A DNA stretch of 64,000 nt from Candidatus Hydrogenedentota bacterium (lineage in GTDB: Bacteria > Hydrogenedentota > Hydrogenedentia > Hydrogenedentales > SLHB01): positions 96,001 to 160,000 of the forward strand of contig BTWA01000001.1 of assembly GCA_045863295.1 (NCBI GenBank). Reading direction: 5' to 3'. This document shows positions 36,670 through 44,906 of the stretch, in pieces. Made by a program: the position numbers and the translations under genes. The notes under the pieces were generated by a model. The model did not search any database, was not told where the DNA came from, and worked only from the letters and a program-made list of their open reading frames with translations. Positions within the stretch are counted from its first letter, which is position 1, and each line of letters begins with the position of its first letter.

Positions 36670-36783
36670 GTGTTCGATTTTGCGGATGTGTACGTCTGGT
36701 TCCTGCACAATAAATGGTGGATGTGGGGCGTCTTGCCGTTTATAGTTCTCGTAATCATTGTCCGGTCGATCCAGGGCCGTTGA
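36670..36783 (+). CDS. 37-aa single-pass membrane microprotein, not in the ORF track
   Basis: GAGGAG 6 nt before GTG; translates MFDFADVYVWFLHNKWWMWGVLPFIVLVIIVRSIQGR*. Confidence 0.6.
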   Translation: MFDFADVYVWFLHNKWWMWGVLPFIVLVIIVRSIQGR

Positions 36784-36971
36784 ATCGATCGCGCAACTCC
36801 CTTCACCTTCCCTTGGTGCTGTGCCGTGCCGATTCGCGCCTCAGTGGGCTTGCTTGCAGCCTCTATTGACTTACCTCCAATCCTGCGTAAATTTGACAAG
36901 AACCCGCGAAATTAAGGTACTATTTGCGGTTTCATGTTGGGTCGGATTCCACTTTTTGGAGATTGGTTTTC

Positions 36972-38750
36972 ATGCATCCTTATCGCAGTCACACGTGCGG
37001 CGAATTGCGGAAGTCCCACGTGGGACAAGGCGTACGAATGTCCGGATGGGTTCATCGCAAGCGGGATCACGGCGGCGTCATCTTTATTGACTTGCGTGAC
37101 CACTATGGGATTTCACAAGTGGTAGTCAATCCGGATTCCCCCTGCTTTTCGGAAGCGGACCGCGTGCGTGTCGAGAGCGTAATCGTGCTTTCCGGCCAGG
37201 TAGTCGCGCGGACCGAAGGCACGGTAAACGCCAACTTGGCCACCGGGGAAATCGAAGTGGTGGCCGATGCACTGGCCATCGAATCGCAGTCGGAAGTCAT
37301 ACCGTTTCCCATTAATCAGGAGATGGATTACCCGGAAGAAACGCGTCTGACGTACCGGTTTCTGGATTTGCGCCGCGAGCGGTTGCACCAAAATATTCTC
37401 CTGCGAAGCAAGACGGCCCAATTGACGCGCAAACACTTGACCGACCGCGGATTCGTCGAATATCACACTCCGATTCTCACGAGTTCTTCCCCGGAAGGCG
37501 CACGCGACTACCTGGTGCCAAGCCGCCTGTATCCCGGTCAGTTCTATGCGCTGCCGCAGGCGCCACAACAGTTCAAGCAATTACTTATGATCGGCGGGTT
37601 TGATCGGTATTTTCAGATTGCACCCTGTTTTCGCGACGAGGATAGCCGGGCAGACCGCAGCCCCGGCGAGTTTTATCAGATCGATATGGAAATGTCCTTT
37701 GTTACCCAGGAAGACATCTTTCATGAGGTGGAACTCGTGCTCGTACGGCTGTTCAAGGAACTCTCCACAACAACGATCGTCTCGGAATCGTTCCCCCATA
37801 TCCCCTATCGTGTGTCCATGGAGAAGTACGGTACGGACAAGCCCGATCTCCGGTTTGCCATGGAGATGGTCGAGGTATCCGATCTCTTCGGCGGCAGCGG
37901 CCTGAAGGTATTCGCCGACGCGGTTGCAAAAGGCGGCGCCGTGAAAACGATTCTCGTCGAAAAAGCGGCCGACCAGTCCAGAAAATTCTTTGATCAGGCC
38001 GAAGAATTTGCCAAGGGTGAAGGCGCGAAAGGGCTTGCGTGGGTCGCCCTCCGCGACGGCGAGATGAAAGGACCCATCGTCAAGTTCTTCTCGGATTCCG
38101 AGAAGCAGGGAATTATTGAACGTACCGGCGCCAAGGAAGGCGATGTGCTCTTTTTTGGGGCGGGTGACCGCAAGACAACCAACGAACTTCTTGGCAAAGT
38201 GCGCGTATACCTCGCGAAACAGCTTGATCGCATCGATTCCAAACTTGCGGCATTTTGCTGGATCGTCGACTTTCCCATGTTTGAGTACAACGAGGAAGAA
38301 AAGAGAGTCGATTTCTCCCACAATCCGTTTTCGATGCCGCAGGGCGGTATGGATGCGCTGATAGCGAAGGATCCGCTGGAGGTACTCGCGTTTCAGTACG
38401 ACGTGGTATGCAACGGCATTGAGTTGTCGTCCGGCGCGATTCGAAACCACCGGCCGGATATCATGATGAAGGCATTTGAAATTGCGGGATACGATGCCAC
38501 GATTGTAAAGACAAAGTTTCCCGCCCTTTGGAACGCGTTTCACTTTGGCGCTCCACCCCACGGCGGTATTGCGCCGGGATTCGATCGGATAGTCATGTTG
38601 TTGGCCGACGAGCCGAATATTCGCGAAGTGATAGCATTCCCGCTCAATCAGAAGGCGCAAGATCTCATGATGGGCGCACCCGGAGAAGTGACGAAGAAGC
38701 AATTGGATGAGTTGCACTTGCAAGTAAAGTATCCGCCTGTGAAGGCCTGA
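36972..38750 (+). CDS. aspS: Aspartate--tRNA ligase, likely non-discriminating Asp/Asn
   Basis: YRSHTCGEL, RDHGGVIFIDLRD, PEGARDYLVP, ALPQAPQQFKQ, FRDED and GAPPHGGIAPG. Confidence 0.98.
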   Translation: MHPYRSHTCGELRKSHVGQGVRMSGWVHRKRDHGGVIFIDLRDHYGISQVVVNPDSPCFSEADRVRVESVIVLSGQVVARTEGTVNANLATGEIEVVADALAIESQSEVIPFPINQEMDYPEETRLTYRFLDLRRERLHQNILLRSKTAQLTRKHLTDRGFVEYHTPILTSSSPEGARDYLVPSRLYPGQFYALPQAPQQFKQLLMIGGFDRYFQIAPCFRDEDSRADRSPGEFYQIDMEMSFVTQEDIFHEVELVLVRLFKELSTTTIVSESFPHIPYRVSMEKYGTDKPDLRFAMEMVEVSDLFGGSGLKVFADAVAKGGAVKTILVEKAADQSRKFFDQAEEFAKGEGAKGLAWVALRDGEMKGPIVKFFSDSEKQGIIERTGAKEGDVLFFGAGDRKTTNELLGKVRVYLAKQLDRIDSKLAAFCWIVDFPMFEYNEEEKRVDFSHNPFSMPQGGMDALIAKDPLEVLAFQYDVVCNGIELSSGAIRNHRPDIMMKAFEIAGYDATIVKTKFPALWNAFHFGAPPHGGIAPGFDRIVMLLADEPNIREVIAFPLNQKAQDLMMGAPGEVTKKQLDELHLQVKYPPVKA

Positions 38751-38792
38751 CAACCCATCAACAGTGAAGCTAACGCCAGACAGGTTGACACT

Positions 38793-39302
38793 ATGAGCGC
38801 GAAGCCAAACGTTCCCGTGGTCCGGCCCGTTGCGTGGGCCAGCGCGCTCATTCAGATTCCCGTGGTCGTGGGGTTCATACTCCTGTTTCGTCCGATGGGG
38901 TATCCACTGGGGATTGCCGTCGCGGCCGTCACCTATGTAGTGCTCTCGTACTCATTCCGGACTTACGTCAACCGCCACCACAGTCGCGGCATGCGGCGAA
39001 TCTGGGCAGGCGATCATGCAGGAGCTATTCCCGAGTTCGAAAAGGCCTACGACTATTTTTCACGCCATTCCTGGATCGACAAATACAGATACGTCTGGTC
39101 CTCGTCGCGTTTGGCCTACCGGGAAATGGCGTTGTGCAACGCTGCGTATTGCCACATGCAGTTGGGAAACGTCAGCGCGGCCAAATCCAGTCTCCGCAAA
39201 GCCGTTGAGGAATTCCCCAAAGGCCATATGGCATCGGCCACGTTGAACATGATCGAGACTATTGAGAAATCCAATGGGGACCAGTTAGCGGACTCCCACT
39301 AG
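38793..39302 (+). CDS. Small membrane protein with TPR motifs
   Basis: Two TM helices, then GDHAGAIPEFEKA and ALCNAAYCHMQLG...LRKAVEEFP. Confidence 0.75.
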   Translation: MSAKPNVPVVRPVAWASALIQIPVVVGFILLFRPMGYPLGIAVAAVTYVVLSYSFRTYVNRHHSRGMRRIWAGDHAGAIPEFEKAYDYFSRHSWIDKYRYVWSSSRLAYREMALCNAAYCHMQLGNVSAAKSSLRKAVEEFPKGHMASATLNMIETIEKSNGDQLADSH

Positions 39303-39787
39303 CCCTGCCACCGGTATCGCAATACCGATGCGGTGTCACCCGGAAACTCGGCGGTCTGTACAAAGCCGACGCGCTCGACCAGAGTCCGTGACGCTTGGTT
39401 GAGGGCGTCAACTCCCGCCACAAGCGTCGTTTGTTTTAGTGTACGGACTGCGTAGTCCATCAGAGCCCGTAGCGATTCCTCGCCATATCCTTCGCCCCAG
39501 TAAAACGGATAGAAACCAATCAGCGGTTCTACCTCGTCGCACCAATCCGCCTTTCGTAACCCCGCGAAGCCGATGGTATGGCCGTAGTCATGTGGCCGAA
39601 TAACCCAGAGCCCCAATTCATTCTCGAACCGCGCCACGACTTGTTCCGCTTCTTCCAAAGGAAGAATCCGATCGTCCCATAGATACCGCCGCACGTCCGG
39701 ATCGATCCAGAGCACCCACAAGTCATACGCATCCGCTGCGCTGGCAGGCGTCATGCGCAGCCGGGTCGTAATCAAATCGTTCTTCAC
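39299..39787 (-). CDS. GNAT family N-acetyltransferase (RimJ/RimL type)
   Basis: TTRLRM, YWGEGYGEE and NQASRTLVERVGF. Confidence 0.9.
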   Translation of the reverse strand: MKNDLITTRLRMTPASAADAYDLWVLWIDPDVRRYLWDDRILPLEEAEQVVARFENELGLWVIRPHDYGHTIGFAGLRKADWCDEVEPLIGFYPFYWGEGYGEESLRALMDYAVRTLKQTTLVAGVDALNQASRTLVERVGFVQTAEFPGDTASVLRYRWQG

Positions 39788-39976
39788 AATCTACGGCTCC
39801 TGCATTCCTCCGAGAAGTATGCGCAATGGGAGATTCCGGGACAACCCCGTGGCAGCCCAAAGCGCGATTTTCGGTTGGGGAATGCGGGTCATGCGGTTAC
39901 ATGCGCTCGCGAATATGACGGCGTGGCGCTGACGCATATTTCGCGGTACAATGAATGCACTCACTGGCGGTTACTC

Positions 39977-42900
39977 ATGCGGAAGCGTCGACTCACACAT
40001 TCCTTACTTGTGCCGGCCGTTTTTCTGTCCGTGGCCCATTGCGCCTGCGGACTGGAGTTGCTTTGGAAAACGGATTTGGTTTCTTCTTCCCGCGGTTTGC
40101 CTTTGGCCGCTGATTTTGACGGCGACGGACTGCCGGAAATCATCGCCACCACACGGTTCGACGGCGCCGTATGGGTGCTCGACAACGTCGGGCGGGAAAT
40201 TCACAAGTTTACCCGTGACGCCTGGCTGGAAGGCGGCCTTGCGTCCAGCACTTCGTCCCCAGGCCGCCCGCGAATGCTGGCATACCAGCAGTCGGATGGA
40301 CGTGTTGTTTTGTTCAATGCGTCCACCGGATTGAGCGTGTATGCGGACGTTCCGGGAAACCCGGCCATCGGATGCGCTCCCGTGTTCGCCAATCTGAATG
40401 GCAAGGGCGCGGAAGAGATTCTGATTACCCGTAAGGACGGTGTCCTCTCGGCGTTTAACAATGCGCTTGAGCCCATCTGGCTCTACAGTGCCGGGAGCCC
40501 AATCGAGTCCGCACCTTCCGTCGCCCTTCTCTATACCGAGTTCGCGAGCGTCTACGTTTTGACCGCCGATGGCGTTCTTCATGCCGTTCGCGGCGACGGC
40601 ATGCCCATGTGGCGAGTTGCCCTGGCAAATGCCGCTCCGCGTTTCCCGTCCGTAACCGATGTCACGGTCGTGGAGATTGGCCGGGACGAACCGGCGGTAC
40701 TGGTGTCGGACGCGGCCGGTATCCTGTATGCCTTTGGTGCCGCCACTGGACGCGAGTTTTGGCGTGTCCAAGCCGCGGCCAGTCCAATGGGCGCACCCGC
40801 CTATATCACCATTTCAGGTCACCAGGACAACGCATTCGTTCTAATGAGCGAATCAGGCGAATTGGCAGTCGTTGACCGCGACGGCACATTGACTGCAACC
40901 GGCACATTGCCCAAAGGTCGGTACATTGCAAGGCCGTTGGTGGCCGACGTGGACGAGGATGGCGAACTTGAAATTGTGGCCGCGACCAACAACTGGCAAA
41001 TTGTAGTAGCCAATCGGACCGGCGAAGTCGAGGAATGGATTGATTTGCGCGGGAGTGCCCGCGAAGGTCTGATTATGGCTGACGTCAACGACGACGGCCG
41101 CCTGGAATTGCTGGCGGCCACGGATTGCGCCGCTGTCTACTGCTTTGCCACACGTGCACGTTCCGGTTGGGCGCACCCGCGATGTGGCGCCGCGAATACG
41201 GGCGTCGCCTCGGTCATCACGCCACGCCCAGTCCCCACGGACGCCATTGCCGTTTCTTCCCTGCGCTATACACCCAAAGTAACCGTAGCACCTCACACTA
41301 CAGGATCCACGTATACAACCGCCGTCTTGGAGTTTCAGCGCGGACACGGTGATCGCCATGTAGTGGCGACCATCCGGCAAGAAGGCCGCATAGTCGGCAG
41401 TACCGCAAAATCGCCGGAATCCGGAGAACTCGCGGTGACCGTTGCGCGGCGTTTTCCCGTAGAATTGACGTGCGATGTAATTGTGTATGGTTCCAGCGGG
41501 CGGCCCATAGGGCAGATGTTGGGAATTCCTGCCCTGCCCCCAAAAGACGACACCGTGCGGATGCATTCCGCCGAATCGTTACTGACATTAATGAACAGCC
41601 GTGGCGATGCATACCGTGTTCCTGCTTCATGGATGTTGCCCTCCGTTTCCGGCCGGTCCATGTGGCATGTGGCAAGTCACGCGCCTGAGGTATGGCGGGC
41701 GTTGCATATCCAAGACGATCCATTCATCGCGGATGCGGGAATGCGGGTCGTGGGGTCCGCGGCGAAGGAGCAGTCCGTTATTCGTGCGGGACATCCCGTC
41801 TGGGAAGTTCTTAAGCACAGTGAAAAACCGTTTGTAGTAATGAACGACTATTTCCGGCCACGCCAAGCCTACAGCAATGCCGATTATCAGGCCCTGGTCG
41901 AGATGGGCGGCGATCGGTTTCTCGGGTTTCAAGTACATGAGTGGGCCTATCCCATCTGGAAGCAACAACTCGAAGGCGCGGCTCAACCGCCATCCACACG
42001 CGATCAAGCCGCTCAAATCGTTCGCGACGGATACGCCACGGTCGCCGCGTTGGCGAACAACCACATGTTTCCGGGAGAAGGGTACGGACTTTTTCATCAC
42101 GTCGCCTACGAACAAGGCGCCGGCATGGCCTATCTGGAAGTGGGTGAAAATATACCCTGTGCTCCCCTGCTTACTGCTGCAATACGGGGGGCGGCGCGAC
42201 AGTTCGGGGGCCGGCCGTGGGGCGCATATATCTCGAATTGGTTTCGCGGTTCGGTCACTGACGGTCGTCTGGAAAACGCGGATTCCATAGGTTGGCGCAA
42301 GCCGGAAGACAGCATGACTCGATTTGGCGGTCATTCGCCTTCGCTCGAATTTCGGTTGGCCATGGCCGCATACCTCGCAGGCGCCTCAATCTTGCAGCAC
42401 GAGTCGGATCACTATCTCGGATCGGTGTATGCAACCGAGTACTCGAACACTTCCGTCGTTCTGTCCCGCCACGGCGCGGCCATGAAGCGATGGTTTGATT
42501 TCGCACACAACGATCGGGATCGCGGTATCCCTTATACGCCCGTCGCGTTCATGCTGGACGCAAACCATGGATGGCGGCCCCGCGAACTTATCTTTGGGCT
42601 ATGGCCTCCCACACGCGCGGAACAATCGATCGAGCGCATCTTGTTTCATACCTACTCGTTTAGCGGCCGGCTGGATTTCGAATCCGGCTATCTGACCAAC
42701 GGACGGTATGGCGATATCTTCGACATCGTGACCAGTGCTATCTCCACAAAGGGGCTCGAAGGGTATGGCGTGCTCTGGCCGCTGGGCGATGTTCCGCTTT
42801 CGGTCACACAGCGCCAATCCATTATGACGTATGTGGAACGAGGCGGAATCGCTGTACTGGATGGTTCCATCGCGCGGCAGTTTACACCTCATTTCACCGG

Positions 42901-43504
42901 CGTCCGCCTTGCCGATGGGTTTCTACACGATATCAGCATCCGTTCCTCCATTCAGGAACTGCCGCCATTAACTGATCCGTACCGGCATCGCCCCATGGCA
43001 ATTGGGCAAGAGGCCGTGCCGATAGCGTGGTCTGGACAAGGACGCCCGGTCATGGTTTGGAAGCAAGTGGGCCAGGGCGCACTGATCATTTCAGGGTTGG
43101 ATCATTGGCTTGATGTGCGCGGACAAATGCTTCCGGTCACAGGGCTCATTCTGCAAATGATTGAGAAGGCCTTTGTACCATTTTCAATCACGGGCGAAGT
43201 AGAGCGAATTCTGTCGAAGACTCGGGATGGCTGGATCATCGGCCTCATCAACAACAACGGAATTCGCAAAGTGCCGACACAGCAGGAAACCGTGGATCCC
43301 GCGGAAACCCGGTCATGCCTCATTCAATTTCGCGGATCGGCCCCCGCCCATTTCACGCCGCTGATGGGATCGTTCTCGTGGAACGAGTCCGCGGGGGCTG
43401 TTGAAGCAAGAATACCGCCCGGTGAAGTAGCGATAGTGCGTTTTGTGGACCCTGGCGCTGAGACTGCGGTACACGGCCCGCCGATTGCCACCCCGGCCTT
43501 GTAA
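39977..43504 (+). CDS. Large secreted modular protein: FG-GAP/PQQ-like propeller plus putative glycoside-hydrolase-like C-terminal region
   Basis: ADFDGDGLPEII, ADVDEDGELEIV and ADVNDDGRLELL repeats; C-terminal RGAARQFGGRPWGAYIS, RGIPYTPVA and YVERGG. Confidence 0.75.
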   Translation: MRKRRLTHSLLVPAVFLSVAHCACGLELLWKTDLVSSSRGLPLAADFDGDGLPEIIATTRFDGAVWVLDNVGREIHKFTRDAWLEGGLASSTSSPGRPRMLAYQQSDGRVVLFNASTGLSVYADVPGNPAIGCAPVFANLNGKGAEEILITRKDGVLSAFNNALEPIWLYSAGSPIESAPSVALLYTEFASVYVLTADGVLHAVRGDGMPMWRVALANAAPRFPSVTDVTVVEIGRDEPAVLVSDAAGILYAFGAATGREFWRVQAAASPMGAPAYITISGHQDNAFVLMSESGELAVVDRDGTLTATGTLPKGRYIARPLVADVDEDGELEIVAATNNWQIVVANRTGEVEEWIDLRGSAREGLIMADVNDDGRLELLAATDCAAVYCFATRARSGWAHPRCGAANTGVASVITPRPVPTDAIAVSSLRYTPKVTVAPHTTGSTYTTAVLEFQRGHGDRHVVATIRQEGRIVGSTAKSPESGELAVTVARRFPVELTCDVIVYGSSGRPIGQMLGIPALPPKDDTVRMHSAESLLTLMNSRGDAYRVPASWMLPSVSGRSMWHVASHAPEVWRALHIQDDPFIADAGMRVVGSAAKEQSVIRAGHPVWEVLKHSEKPFVVMNDYFRPRQAYSNADYQALVEMGGDRFLGFQVHEWAYPIWKQQLEGAAQPPSTRDQAAQIVRDGYATVAALANNHMFPGEGYGLFHHVAYEQGAGMAYLEVGENIPCAPLLTAAIRGAARQFGGRPWGAYISNWFRGSVTDGRLENADSIGWRKPEDSMTRFGGHSPSLEFRLAMAAYLAGASILQHESDHYLGSVYATEYSNTSVVLSRHGAAMKRWFDFAHNDRDRGIPYTPVAFMLDANHGWRPRELIFGLWPPTRAEQSIERILFHTYSFSGRLDFESGYLTNGRYGDIFDIVTSAISTKGLEGYGVLWPLGDVPLSVTQRQSIMTYVERGGIAVLDGSIARQFTPHFTGVRLADGFLHDISIRSSIQELPPLTDPYRHRPMAIGQEAVPIAWSGQGRPVMVWKQVGQGALIISGLDHWLDVRGQMLPVTGLILQMIEKAFVPFSITGEVERILSKTRDGWIIGLINNNGIRKVPTQQETVDPAETRSCLIQFRGSAPAHFTPLMGSFSWNESAGAVEARIPPGEVAIVRFVDPGAETAVHGPPIATPAL

Positions 43505-43509
43505 TAGAA

Positions 43510-43550
43510 AGCCGCCGCGCGGAGGTTGCCACGCGGCGGCTCAGCAAAAA
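43510..43550. terminator. Hairpin terminator between convergent genes
   Basis: AGCCGCCGCG (43510-43519) pairs with CGCGGCGGCT (43532-43541). Confidence 0.7.
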
Positions 43551-43562
43551 CGAGGTAAAACG

Positions 43563-43904
43563 TCAGGACCCCTGGCCGGGCGACGGGTCGAGCAAATCCA
43601 ATTTGCTTTCCTTGTCCTTGAACTCCTCGGCCGTATCCAAGGCTCCCTTGGTTTCGTTAATCACGGGCCATTCCGCAGCCAACTTGATATTCAACGCCTT
43701 AAACGAATCCCATTTCTCCGGCAAGTCTTCTTCCGGATAAATGGCATGCACTGGACATTCGTCCACGCACGCACCACAATCAATACACTCGTCGGGGTCG
43801 ATTACCAGCATGTTTGCGCCTTCGTGGAAACAGTCCACTGGGCAAACCGCCACGCAGTCTGTGTACTTGCACTTAATGCAAGGCTCCGCAACAATGTGGG
43901 CCAT
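43563..43904 (-). CDS. fdxA: 7Fe ([3Fe-4S][4Fe-4S]) ferredoxin
   Basis: [18 protein letters not shown] and [12 protein letters not shown], with an Azotobacter FdI-type C-terminal extension. Confidence 0.93.
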   Translation of the reverse strand: MAHIVAEPCIKCKYTDCVAVCPVDCFHEGANMLVIDPDECIDCGACVDECPVHAIYPEEDLPEKWDSFKALNIKLAAEWPVINETKGALDTAEEFKDKESKLDLLDPSPGQGS

Positions 43905-44178
43905 AATGCACGCTCTCCCTGAATCAAATCCGCCGGACCCCGTTCCAACAACTGGCGCCAAACGGCTTTACCATACACTGAAACAGACACCGCAACCCGC
44001 CCGAAAGGCGGACGGTTGGGCCTAGTGACTATCACTACGGCGCCGACATTGTCAAATTCAGTATACAGATAAATAGTTTTAAACGCGAAAGCACGCCGAA
44101 TTCAATGTCTAACACGGCGGCGCGCTAGATTTTCGAGGACGGCCACAGCCCCAGCCACGATAAGGAGCCAAAGTCTCT

Positions 44179-44652
44179 ATGTCTGTGCGACCCTTGACCC
44201 GCGACTCCCTGCCCTACTTTCATGATGCCTTGAACCGCCTCGCGCCGGAGACAGCCCGCCAATGGGGTCAGCTCACGGCAATTCAAATGGTCTGCCACCT
44301 ACGACGGACCTTTGAGATCTCGCTCGGAGAAATCAACGACCCGCAGTTGCGGGACATGAGTTATCCCGTCTTACGCTCGGTCATCTACTGGTTTTTCTTC
44401 GTCCAATTCACGAACTGGCCGAAGGGGAAGATCAAGGCTCCGGAGGTCTTCACGCCGGAAGCCGAAGGATCACTTGAAACAGAGCGGCGAATCCTCTTCG
44501 AGTGCATCGATCGGTTTGTCGCCGAGCATACAGACCATCCGGATCGGCGCACCTTGACGCCGCTATTGGGCTACATCACGCTTCGCCGGTGGAGTCAGGT
44601 GCATGGAGTTCACCTCCACCATCACCTTAGGCAGTTCGGACTCATCCCGTAA
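44179..44652 (+). CDS. DUF1569 / DinB-like protein
   Basis: QWGQLTAIQMVCHL and C-terminal HLHHHLRQFG; AAGGAG RBS. Confidence 0.85.
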   Translation: MSVRPLTRDSLPYFHDALNRLAPETARQWGQLTAIQMVCHLRRTFEISLGEINDPQLRDMSYPVLRSVIYWFFFVQFTNWPKGKIKAPEVFTPEAEGSLETERRILFECIDRFVAEHTDHPDRRTLTPLLGYITLRRWSQVHGVHLHHHLRQFGLIP

Positions 44653-44675
44653 TTCACAAAGATCGCGGACTCTTC

Positions 44676-44722
44676 ATACTATATTTGGTGGCACTTACCT
44701 TTGCGAAGTCGATATGTTGCGC
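44676..44722 (+). promoter_or_regulatory. Tandem NrdR-like boxes
   Basis: ATACTATATTTGGTGG (44676-44691) and AGTCGATATGTTGCGC (44707-44722) compared with consensus acaCwAtATaTwGtgt; 31 bp start-to-start. Confidence 0.6.
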
Positions 44723-44813
44723 TACTCCGTCAGTCCGGAAAAGTAGATGCGTGGAAAGGAATTGGCAACTCCGTCAAGCATATGCAGCGATTAATGTTAC
44801 GCACGGTTAATTG

Positions 44814-44843
44814 TTGACGAGAATCCCGTGGCGGTGGTAGAAT
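44814..44843 (+). promoter_or_regulatory. Candidate sigma70 promoter for the MshEN-DnaA/pil cluster
   Basis: TTGACG-N18-TAGAAT with an extended TG motif. Confidence 0.6.
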
Positions 44844-44906
44844 ACCTGTTGTGACATGTGAAAGCTTCACCACGGAATTCCCCGTGTACTGGTTCGAGTG
44901 TAACGA

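Noticed and set aside
44689..44704. sigma54-like TGGCACTTACCTTTGC
   Set aside because: The spacing is GG-N11-GC, and sigma54 requires N10.
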